Under the pieces are notes generated by a model. That model did not search any database and was not told the origin of the DNA. It saw only the letters and a list, made by a program, of their open reading frames with translations. This document shows positions 1 to 11,800 of a stretch of 64,000 bases of DNA, piece after piece. Source of the DNA: Klebsormidium nitens (Eukaryota; Plantae; Klebsormidiophyceae); contig DF237009.1 of the NCBI GenBank assembly GCA_000708835.1, positions 193,407 to 257,406 on the forward strand. The letters run 5' to 3'. The first letter of the stretch is position 1, and every line of letters starts with the position of its first letter. A program made the translations under genes and the position numbers.

Positions 1-1025
1 GGCCCCACGTTAGGAGCCGACGAGAACTCCAAACGCTCGGTCCAAATCGAGGGCGAACGCCTTCTTTATGAATCTCGTCAGGACTTGAGCTGAAGAAAGT
101 GAACACATGCGCATAGAAAGCCTTATCGAACAGACTCCCAAGTCGGCAGACCCAAGTGGCAAATGACGTGAGCGTTGAAGAGGCGAGACACGGTGATCTC
201 AAGTTATCGTGACTTCCATAGACTCACCGAGTCAATGACAAGAGCGAGCCGGCCCCCTTCGACTGCATCCTTCAACAAGGCTGCCAAGAAACAGGGACAA
301 ACAAATCAGAAAGGACCTGTTATCCTCGTTGGATGATCTTTCAAAATGACAACGCGTGCTTCAATTATGCTTCTAACATGCCATACTTTGATTGCTGGGA
401 AGCTGGAAAGCAGGTAGCAGTCTAACAGACATATATCAGGTATCTGACTAAGAAGAAAGGCTGTATCCTCATCATTCCTTCTGTACAACGAGTGTTAGCT
501 TTGTCGGCGAGGCGTGATTCGCCTGGACCTCATTTTTGGACAGCTTTCAGAAAACCCCAGTCCTTTGTTTTTCTTGCCAAACCACTTCTGTGACTTGTTC
601 AAGCACGAAGCGCTCTGAGCGGGCTCACCTTCGCCAGCGTTTTGGATACCCACTTTAAGTCCTTCTAAGGATTCGTCATTCTCAAAGTGCACCTTCGAGT
701 ACCCTCCTCGCTGGAGCTTCCCGAGAGCCGAACTCATCCGTCGTGACGCGTCTTCCTGACCGCTCGACCCCACTTCTGCTGCACGTTGGCTCTGGTTCCG
801 GGCTCGCACGGAACTGACATCGTTTGTTTCATCTTTTGGAGTTCTGCCTAGGCTGGAGTCTGGCTCGGGGGAAGTTTGCCACCCTAAGGGATCTGAGAAG
901 CAGTCTAGGACTTGCAGCGGCTCCAAGCCCTCTGTTTCAGAACCGCTGCTCTGATTGAGATGGTGTGAATACTCCTCAGGGGCTCGCTCCAGGGCCAGAA
1001 GTACAGTGCCTCTGCGGAAAGACAC
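1..1025 (-). CDS. Putative multi-exon gene of unknown function, running off the left edge
   Basis: 176-aa ORF 495-1025 of charged/Ser-rich composition; candidate downstream exons with AG/GT boundaries (RNDEDTAFLLSQIPDICLLDCYLLSSFPAIK; ALLKDAVEGGRLALVIDS|gtgagt; SSPDEIHKEGVRPRFG...). No family recognised. Confidence 0.35.
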
Positions 1026-1309
1026 AATTGCATGCTCAGCTGTACTTGCCAGAATGTTGTCAAAGTTTGAGAGCGGTGATTTCAGAGCCTGGCAAGAATA
1101 CGTAGGTCAAGGGGTTTTTGAGCGCATTCCTAAACAAAACCATGCATTGAGTTACACTCCTTAGTCACCTCTGATGCCTGAAGCAGACCCCATTGGTTTC
1201 GGGACAATAAAGCCTCCAGATAGTAAGCTTCCCAGAGCCAAAAGTTTATCTGCTCTGCACCCTGCCCCACCCTAGACCCCCAGTCTATCCCCACCCGTCC
1301 CAGGGTGGT

Positions 1310-2537
1310 TTAGCTGATCGTCCTTGCAGCTTGATGGTTATGAAGTTGACCTTTGTCAACTTCAAAGAAGCACGACTTTCTTTCGCACGCTCTTACCATG
1401 AACTAAGAGTCAATGCTAGCCACACCAGCTTTTTCACGATCATATATGACATGTTGTATCTGATCTTTTTCGGTGGCAAGGCCCTCAAGAGGTAAATCCG
1501 AAATCTTACGCAATTGAACAGATGGCTGATCTCAAATCACCTCGCAATTTGGCAGACATGTCAGTGCCATACTGTATGGTCGCACGTCCTAAGCACTGCC
1601 ATTGTTGCGGATTGAACCAGTCTATGGGACTCATCCTGCATCATGAAAGGTGCCCCTCAACCATCATAAATATGTGCCATTACAAAGTACAAAATTTAGT
1701 CCTGCTCAAGCAGTCAAGTAATCAGGTGATCCACTCTGTAGTGTGAATGGGGAAGTCTCTCACCTGGCCTGTGCCCTTTCTTTCTTCACCACACTGAGCA
1801 ACTCTTGTGAAATATGCTGGCAGACTTGAGGGCCCCCTAGAACTTCTGCAGAGTCCCTCACAATAACCACATTGAAGTAGTCGTTCTCGAGCGCCTTGTC
1901 CTTGAATGAGCGCACCACATTCTCCATTCTATTCACCGCCAGCTACTGATCGAAAGGCCACCAGAAAGATACTCACCAAGTGCTGCTCTGACCCTGGAAT
2001 TATTTCAAGATGAAGCGAGCGAGCGAGAACAACTGGCTTCCCTTCAGTAACATGGAATACCTACACGATACCTGTAGGTCTTCAGCTCCGTGTGACGCTG
2101 GCAATCGCAGCAGGAACAACAATTTCAACATTAAAAGGTTGCACCATGGGTGAATGGAAGTATGAATGAATGAATGAAGTGCCTTCTGAAGTCAGGAAGC
2201 GGGAGCAAATGGTGGTGGTGCAGTACTGGGTGCTGCCAGCCTGGTGGTGGCAAACGGGCCATGGCATTGCAGCAGAGATAATTAGCTTCATCAACGTCAT
2301 GCATGGGCGGACTGTCACTGTGCCCAGAAATATGGACGGCTGGAAACAGCCCTGTTGTCTTGTGATGTCATCCAAAGCCCTTATCGAACGGCTGAGACTG
2401 CGTTCCTGTTGTCTGAAAGTTTCAGAGCTAAATGCCACTAATAATGGAGGTGAAGTCGGTGGCCCTGGGCATGAGGTGAGCCAGCTTGCTTGGTGGAGGG
2501 AGAGCAGGTGGCTGGGGTCTGGGACGCAGCAACGCAT
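1310..2537 (-). CDS. Putative multi-exon gene of unknown function (may join the gene to its left)
   Basis: ATG at 2537; short protein-like segments bounded by AG/GT (LAVNRMENVVRSFKDKALENDYFNVVI|gtgagg; HISQELLSVVKKERAQAR|gtgag; MSPIDWFNPQQWQCLGR). Head-to-head with the gene at 2884. No family recognised. Confidence 0.4.
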
Positions 2538-2883
2538 GCTCCTGAGGTTCTTCGGTGGTGCTTGATGCTGGAGAGTAGGTGAAGTGTGCGCTTAGCTGGA
2601 TGTCTCTGGTGGGTCTGATTTCTATCAGCAAGCAGCCTTCCGGACGAGGCTGGCACGAGCGCGGGAGATACGGAACCGAAGCTTTCAAGGCGTCCTTATT
2701 TTGTCGCACGGAAGAAGCTTGCTGCTTCTCGTTGGGCTTACTCATTTACGCTTCGCGCCTTTTCAGGGCTCGCTGTGCTGCCATCTAACAGAGAAGCGGG
2801 GTTGTGTTCCAAAAGCGCCTATAAAAATCTTCAAGCGGGGCCTGGTTCATTCGATCGTAAGGCCGTAGTTGGAAAGCAAGGCC

Positions 2884-5800
2884 ATGGCGCATATGCGCCG
2901 GGCTGAGAACTCGGATACTCGCTCACAAGGCTTTGATAGGGGGAGGGGCCACCTGAATCACCATTCGGACCGACCGCGCTATTCCCCACCTTTTGAAGGG
3001 GAGCTTGGAGGGCACCTTTTTCTGACAAACCACCAGCAAATAGAAGAAAATTTTGCACGACAGATCTTTGGTGAGTCAACTGAATCATTTGCCAGAGTTT
3101 TTTTGTGGTTGTTTGTGCTCTGTGGTGACCTTATCAGTTTCGCTCAAAGTTGGCAGTATGTTCCAGGTATTGCATCTTGCAGCCAGTGGTGATTGTATCC
3201 AGTATTGCAAGTGTCCCTTGTCTTTCTTCTGGTAACGAAGTGCTGCTTTTAAGTCTATTAGAGTGCTGTGGAGCAGTTGGTAAAGGTTGGATTTGTTATT
3301 GTGCTTCTTATTGTATAGCTGATACCACACATCCCATTATGTCCGCACTCCGAGCTCATTGCATATAAGCTGTCTATTCTGGAGCAACCTCAGTCCATAG
3401 AGGAGCAATTTTGTTTGATTATGTTGGCTGCTCTGTGGAGGCTTTTGGGGAAGGTTGCTCCAGTGTTCTGCCTCTTCTTTGCAGTGACCATGGAGAATAT
3501 GCTGTGTAATTGTTGAGAGGGGTGCCTCGTGCAGCTTCCTCTGATTCCGTGCAGCCTTGCTTAGTAGTCCATTTTGGAATTTTCCATTTGTTGGCGCAAT
3601 GCCTGCCCCCCAAATCAGAATGCAATCGGTTGGATTTATCTGGTCAGTTGGCTTGCCTCGATATCCGTTTCCTGGATTTTGGATGTCTTCGTGCTGTCTG
3701 TTTCCTCTGTTTTTGGTCACCTCGCAATTGCAATGTGTTATGGCTGGAAACTCTGCCTCATGTTGGCGCATCATATATATGGAATTCGAAGCACGTTTGT
3801 TTCGATCGTATCTTTCAGACTTGACAGTTGCCTTGGTAAAATTTTGACAACTTCCCCTCTACGCGGCCTGTGGAATGCACAGTAAACAGTCAGAGACCTA
3901 TGTTTGTGTTCTGAGTCCATCTGATTGCACATTTTTATACAGAAAGTTGTCTTTTGTGCCCTGCAATATCAACTGCGCTTGTTGGTGGTATTCTACTACT
4001 GCTTCCGAAGTTGACAGTCTAGTCTTTCGGTCCGTCGGTTCTAATTGTTGTCTGGTCATGTAGTTTTAACCAAGTATCTGGCTGTCCTTTCAAAGCCTGC
4101 GGAGGCTCACAACTATATCAGGTCGGGAGTACTGTACAAGATGGGTGGTTTGGAACTGCTTCCATGATGATTGCTGAAGTCAAAGTTTTGAAGTGTGACG
4201 CTCCTTGTAGTGAGTGCTGTAACAGGACGACAGTTAACAAGTGGACGTTCTGCCTGAAAGAACCGTATCAAACATTTCATCAATCAACGGGTCAACTGAC
4301 GTCATTCTGCAATGTCCTGCAGCCACCAGCTTTTCCAGAGAACTCCCCTCAGAGGCTAATTCATTGTGCAGGTCTCCCAAAGCAACACGCGCCAACCGTG
4401 CTCCGCATCAAGGAAGGCCTCCCTCTCTTCCTCTACAATACCTCCACACGTGCTCTGCATGGTGTCTTTGAGGCGAGTGTCATTTCATTGTTTTGGTTGA
4501 CCTTTAAAAAAGGGTTGGTCATCCTCCAGATAGCTCAGATGTTCACAGATGGCTGTCTTACACAAGGTGTTGGAGCAGAAGGGAGCTTTCAACTGAGATG
4601 CTGGCAGCGGATGCAGAGAGAACACATCTTCAATCTAGCGAGCACTTAATCATCCGACGTTGCAACCTCAACGCATGTTTCTTTCTGGCAATCTCCGGTT
4701 TTGGAAAACATGTGCTTTGCTGTTTGGTAGAGGCGTGTTGTTGGCCAAGCCATATGTATCCTTTTTGAGCCTGACATTGCTGATGCTTAGGCAAAGGCAC
4801 AGCTCGCCTTTGTGCCCCTATTGTTGAACTGAGGCTGGGGTTCGAATTGACCCAAAATCTGTAGTTTTAGAGACCCAGGAAAGTACTTGAGGCCCTTAGC
4901 GGCCGTGCGCAAACATGTGGCAAGCTTTTTGGTCGCTGAATCGGTCTGGAAACAGTTCTTTTTTCTCAATGGTTACTGGATTGTGCGTATGATATCCTTA
5001 TTCCTTGGTTTTGCAGGCAGCAAGCGACGGTGGACTGAATTTAGAGCCAGACGCCTGGCAAGATCACGCTCTCTCTGCCCAGCTCAAGCAGCCCTTCTCA
5101 AAGTTCCCAGCACAGGTGAGAGCAGCTTGAGACAAGCGATTGTTTCCATGTGCATGTTCCTAAGTAGTGATTAGTGCCTCTTGTATGTTGTCTTAGCTGG
5201 GAGTGGTTGAGGCATTGTGAGGCATCAATGTGAATGGAGTTCGGGGGAATCTGAATGAAATTTGGTCAGAGGAAGTTGAAGTCAGGGTAGACATGGGGTA
5301 TTTATTGTGTTTCTTTTCTTCAGGTGCGCTTTCGCGTACGCGCTGACAGGGGAAGGCTCGCTGAGCCAAAGTTTCGGGACATCCTTGACTACCATACCAG
5401 CGACTACAACACACATTTCCGTCTCCCACTCTCCATAGAACAGGCAAGCATCCTCTGGTCAAGGTCGCAGGCATGGTGATATTGGCTGCTAATGTAATAG
5501 GGGTTCTCTTCTACAAGCAGCCTGCTCAAGTGCTCCAAAATGTTTATCGCAAGTGCTATATACAATCAGCTCGAACGACATATCCAGTTGTAGATGCCGA
5601 CTCAATGTTACTGCGGAGTCGCCACGGTTCAGCACGCTAATTGTTCTGCTGGGACCGCTCCAGGTGCTGGTCGAACCTTGCTTAGGATCTGTCACATCTG
5701 CAATGATGCAGATTGTCACCTTAGAAAGAAGCGGATAAGCAGCAGAGCAGCAAACATGGAAGATTTACGTTCGTCAAATCTCACCTGTTCCACGTAATTT

Positions 5801-8800
5801 CCATGCAGGCAAACCACCTTTTGGAGCTCTTCAACATGGCCCCCTCAGGACCCCGCCCGGCTCCGCCAACCGCAGAGCAGCCATCCGCCGCTGGTGATGT
5901 CATAGACGAAGGGGATTGGGAGCAGGTCAAGACGAAACCGCGCACCAAGCCACTGAAAGTCCAACCGGGCAACTCATATGGCCGGCAAGTAGGGTCTCCG
6001 ACAGGGCCTTCTACTCCGAGGCGGAGAGCAGAGGGGCCGAGGCCCGGACACCAGGGCCCTGTTGGGAACGGAGACGTTGGTGGTGGTAGAGGGGGCCCTG
6101 ACAGGTGGCGGCCGGATGGCGGCGACTGGGCAGCGCGAGCGGGGGGAAGGCAGCATACAGGTTCTGTCTGGGGAGCGAGAGAGGGTGCCGCAAAGGAAGG
6201 CGGTGCAAAGGAGGGGGCTTTGAAAGAGGATGCCGGTGTGGGGAGAGCTGAAGAGAGGGGCAGCAAGGCGGAGGTTCGTGAGAACGGCATCCTGGAAACA
6301 GGGCCTGCGAAGCTCAGTCCGAGGAAGCCTGGAGCGCAGGCGGCGAAGGAGGCCCCGTTTTCGAGCCCGCGAGAGGCGGGGATTTTGGGCAGCGGCAGTG
6401 CAGCAGTAGAGCAGGCAGAGGGGAAGGGACAGGTTGCGGAGAGCGTGACCACGGTTGCTGATCCCCCTGCGAAACCGGGAAAAGCGGCAGTTAAGAGCAG
6501 CACGTTTTCTTATAGTGCAGCTCTCAAGGTGGGACTCCCAGCCAAAATGGAGGACATTAGCGCGAGCGAGAAAGGCAGGGGAGGGGCATCGGACACAGCG
6601 GGAAAAGCAGGGGGGGCGGAGAACGAGAGTGGCGAGGTGTTCCCGGTGCTTAGCAAGAGTAACTCAAAGAACGAGAGGGTTGCGAAGGCGCCAAAGAAGG
6701 AGCACGTTGCCGTCGTCGTGAAGAACGAGGATGGGGAGACAAAGGATGCTGACAGGAAGGACACCGAGAAGAAGGACGATGAGAAAGAGGATGCCGTGAA
6801 AAAGGATGGCGTTGAGAAAAGCGGTAAGAAAGGAGATGGGGAGAAGAAAGCGGAGGCGTCGAAAGTGGGGGATGATATGAGCGAAAAGAAGGACGGGAAG
6901 AAAGTCGAGGCAAAGAAAGACGCGGAGAAAGCTGCGGGGGACAGGAAAGAGGCGCCGAAGAGCAAGGGCGATCCGTTGCAAGCGCCAAAGAGCCCAAAGA
7001 GCAAAAGCGAAGCGGGCGAGGCGTTGGTTGGGGCGCAGAAAGCGGAGCCATCGCCGCCGGCTAAGCCCGAGCCCGTCAAAGCTCCTGAAAAGCCGAAGCC
7101 GAACCCCTGGGGTAAGCTGCCGACGCCGATCGAGCCGGTGTCTCTCGCGGAAGTGCAGCAAAAGGAACAGGAGCAGCAAGCGGAGCTGTCACACGCCGCC
7201 CGAAGGGAGCCTCAGGCGAAGCCCGCGATAGGAGACAGAGAGGGTGCTGTAGACAGGACGAAAGAAGCTGTTGCTTTGCACGAGGGGGGTGAGCGGAGAG
7301 AGGCGGCCAAGCCAGTGGGGCGGGGGTGGGAAGCTAAGAAGCCCGAACTCCAGCAACCGGTGGTGCAGGTGCAAGCGCCCCAAAAGGGAGGGGGTGCGTT
7401 CGCTCCGCCGCTGCGGCAGAAGACACCCCCCCGGATGCAGCATCCGCAGCCCCTTGCCGCAAGACGGGGGGAGCCGGCGCCTGTAACGGACCTGTCGGCG
7501 CTGCCCCCCTCTGCGCCGGAACGGATCCAGCAGCGCAGTATGGGAAACTTGGTGGGGGGCATCCCCGCCAGGAATCGGACCCCCCCCCTCAGTCACCATA
7601 GCCACCGGCCGCAGCCAGTGCAGGTCCCGGCCCCCCAGAGCCTCGGCACGGGGGTGCGAATAAGCCCCACCGCAACCCCGTACACCCCCAACTCAGCCGG
7701 GTTTACCCCATCCGCGACCCCGTTCACACCGTCGGGCCGGCTCTCCCCGGGCCTCCGAGGATACGGCCCCCCGATGGGGGTGCTCCAAACGCCCCCCCCG
7801 ATGTTTGCGGCCGACCCTAGCCTGGCGTACGACCAGAGCTGGCGCATGCCTCGGGGGCGCAACGCGCCCCCCCCCTCGTGCAAACGGGGGGGTCGCGCCG
7901 CCCATGGTCTACAGCCCCACGACTCCCCCTGACTACGGGTATGCGCTCGCGGCGCTGTCTCCGTCCTCGCAGCCAGGGACGCCGCTGGGGCCCCCGGCGA
8001 TGGCGACGCTCGTGGGCGGGGGGTTGCTGCCGCCCCCCCCGCCGGAACTGCTGGCGAACGCAGACGCGCTGCACTGGGAGGTGCTGCGGTACGCGGAAAA
8101 GGCGCGACGGACGCCCGAGGCGCGCGCGCGTGCGGAGAGCGCGGTGCTGTGCGTGCGGCGGGCGATCCAGGCGCTGTGGCCGGCGGCAGATGTCGAGGTA
8201 GGGGCAGAGTTTTGTTGCAAGGCGCGTCCAGGATGATAGGTTCCTGGGTTCGGAACATAGGGGTTCAAGAACTAACACACTCTGGATTTGGGTCTTAGGG
8301 GTTCAATGTTTGGCCCGGAGTTACGGTTCGAGGCGACTCCGCCCGTGGCTTGAGTTGATCAGCTTCAAAGTTGTTTGTTTTTCATCCTGAGGCCGTATCC
8401 TCGCAATGGCACAGCTTCTATCCGCAAATGTTTGGCTCCTCGTCCACTGGCCTCTGCCTCCCTCACAGCAATTTGACTGCTTGGCCGTGTTGTTGCCTTT
8501 CACCAACTAGTCTGCCGGCTGAAGCTCAGGCTGCTTTTCATCAGCTTCGAGATAGTCGTTTAGTTCCTGATGGTTGTTCTACCGCACCGTCAAGATTTCC
8601 TCTTCGCGAAGGTTTCGGTTCCTTGTCACCACATTTTTGTGGTACATCTCCTCCTCACATGTCGGCCCCTTCTCTCCACAGATTTTCGGCTCCTTCTCCA
8701 CCGGCCTCTGCCTTCCCCACAGCGACGTCGACCTGGCAGTCGTCGGCGCCCCTCCCCCTCCCATAGAGCTCGCCAACGTTCCCGGGGGCCGCCCGCTGGT

Positions 8801-11800
8801 GCCGCTCATTAGAGAGCTGGCCGCGGTGCTTCGAACCAGCCCCTGGCTCGACACCCTCACGACCATCGAAACCGCGTCCATGCCCGTGATCAAGCTCCGA
8901 TGCAAGCCCGGGTGGGAAAACGATTCCGCTCCGGGGGGTTCGGAAGAGAGCGGATCGACGGGGGGTACCGAGACGGACGCATCGAAGGGGGGTGCGGAGG
9001 AGAGCCAATCTCAGGGGGATGCGGAGAAGAGCCAATCGACAGGGAGTCCGGAGGAAGGCGAATCGGTCTCGGGGGCTGCGAAGGAGAACGAGGAAGCGCC
9101 GGGGAAAGAGAGCGACGCTGAAGAGCGTCAGAGCGAAGCTTCGGGGGGGGAAAGGAGCCCCAGCCAGGCGCCCCCCGTTGCGATTGATATCACGATCATG
9201 GGCAGGAGGGGTCAGCCGATGGGGACGGACGGGAAGGAGGGGCCGCCGCCAAAGAGCCAGCACAACGGCGCGTCGGCGCGCCAGTTTGTGATTGAGCGGT
9301 TGCAGAGGCTGCCGGCGCTTGCCCCACTCGTGAGTATTCGAGAGCGCTAGTTCCAGCTCTGGCTTGTGTGGTTTAGATTGTTTTACCGTCACATTCTCTC
9401 TGAGATGCAACCTTAGCAGAGCGCCACATATTCCTCGGTCATCTTTGCGGTCAGTTTCAGATCTTCTGCTGTTGGTCGCGGAAGAGATCCACAGAGCAGC
9501 CTCAGAAGCAGCGGAAATCATCGGAGGCAGCAATCTGCCCACGTTCTCTCGATAAAGTCCTCAACAGAGCTCAAGGAATGCCTTGCAGAACGAGACTGGT
9601 GCTCTGTCTTACAGACGGGTTAGCTCGGAGGTTTCGATTCGTGGCAGTTCTCTTTCGTGATATTTCCTCCTCTTTGACTTCACTGTCGCCCCAGGTTTCA
9701 CATGCTCTTTGCTTCGGGCGAGTGGATACTGGTTTTGGACCTTTTATCCAATCAATGAGAGAGAATGCGCGTGCCCTTTGCTGGTAGCTTGTGTTGTGGC
9801 TCGCGCGATGAATTGGCTGACCCGGGGACTTTTCAGACCACAATTTTCTCTTTTAGTCTGCTCTTCTCTCTTTGGGTCAGCCATGCCGCATAGCAGCATA
9901 AGTCAGCGTTCAGTCGTGCATTCATGTCGCAAAGATGGCGAAGATATACGGCCTCTCTTCTGCAGGTGTTGCTGCTCAAGTCCTACCTCCACCACCGAGG
10001 CCTCAACGACGTTTACACGGGCGGTCTCGGCTCCTTCTCCCTCACATTAATGCTAGTGTTCTACTTAGAGGTGGGCTCCTAACTTGCACCAGCAATGCTG
10101 CGCTTTTGGGGCTTTCAAAAACTCCCATCTTTCTTGGCGATGTACACCCAATTGGGGGCAAAATGTGTCCTCCTGACCTTTCAAGTTGCGCAGAACGTGC
10201 AAGATTTCTCCGCTCTGTGTTCGTTGCTAAACAACTTTTTACAGGGTGGCTTCTTCGCTCTGAAGCTTGGTCAGTGTGGCAACTTGATAGCAATGCTTAG
10301 ATGGTTTGACATTCGGAAGCAAAAAATGGTGATTGAATGTTCCAAAAAATGGCCTCAACAAGATGACCTTCCGACATGGTACTTTTGCAGCCCTTCCGAT
10401 CCTCGTCACAGCACGTGCTCATTGGAGACAGGACAATGTTTGCTGTTGTGAAGTGAGAATGGCTTGGGTAATTATCGCCGTCTTTTGTTGGTGCATAGGT
10501 TCTGCAACTCAAGAAACTCTAAATTTTCTCCCCGAAGTCATGTTTTGTTCAGAGTATTTCCGTTCAAAAAAGCAGTGCAACGCTCTGGTCCCCCCTTTCA
10601 GCTCCTAAGAATAATCAGTCTGCGATTACGCCGTGTTCGTCTGACGTTCCTGTTTTTCCATCTGCAGCGAGTAGCCTTCATACCCATGGAGGCTCCCCCG
10701 GTTCCGGTTGCGTCCACGAGCGGTAACGATGCTTCGGCCGGCGTTAATGCTTCTGCCCCAGCAGCAACTAGAGCGGCCGCCGAAATCCCGGGCAAAGAAT
10801 CCAGTGATCCAACGACTGCGCCCGAAACGAGTTCAATCAGCGAGGAGACAGACCAAAAGAGCGTAGGTACTGCAGACGAAGACCCCAGCAATGCGGCGAA
10901 AACAACTAGCGTGAGCGGAAACGACGAGGAGCCAGAGAGTATACGGGGGACAACGAGAGCGGGGGGAAAAGTCGTGGGGATGACGGAGCCCGCGGACTGG
11001 CTCACGTCGGGGCCGATGCCGAACCTGGGGGCGCTGCTGATCGGGTTTTTGCACCTGTTTGGGAACGAATTAGATCTAGCGACCGTGCGTTTAGTGCTGA
11101 AGGTAAGTGCTGCTTTGTCTGTGCCGTCAGAACGCTGATTAGAAGGGGCTCATCTGGAAACATTTTGAAAGGGCGTTGGAGATCCGGCGGCAATCTGGAA
11201 GCTGACGAACCACGTTTGCAGTTTACGCTCGCAGTTTTGTCGTAGGGACCACCCGTGAATCATGACCCAGCCTCTATGCAAACCTGGAACGTAACCCCGA
11301 ATCTGAGATGCTGTTGCTTCTGATAGTTGTTCACAAATGCATGATTTCGGCTGTTGCGTCAGTGAGCTTCTCTGAATTACCTCTGCGGGGACGAGCTTGA
11401 TGCGGAGATTGAGCTCACAAGTGGGTTCTGAGGACGGCTCAGAAATGTGGTTTTGACGAGAGAAACAGGATCCAGAATACCTTGATTGCATATGCTGATA
11501 GCTAGTAGTCGGCTTTCCGACGAAGTAAGGTTGCGCGTTGACTGAAAACCTACTTGGCCTCCAGTGTTGCCTTTCAGTACCGGCAGGTAGGAGGTACGGT
11601 ACCTTTCAGGCCATAGTACCCTTCTGGTATGTACCTTGGTTTACCACGTGGATCGAACAAGCCATCCGATTGGCTGCAAAATCTGGAAAGCTTTTTGCAG
11701 CTTTTCGGTCGACGGCACCCTAAATTCTTCAACAACCAAAAGGCAGACTGCTGAGCGTTTCGGCTGCGTGTTGCAGAGTAACGGCCAGAACGGGGGCATC

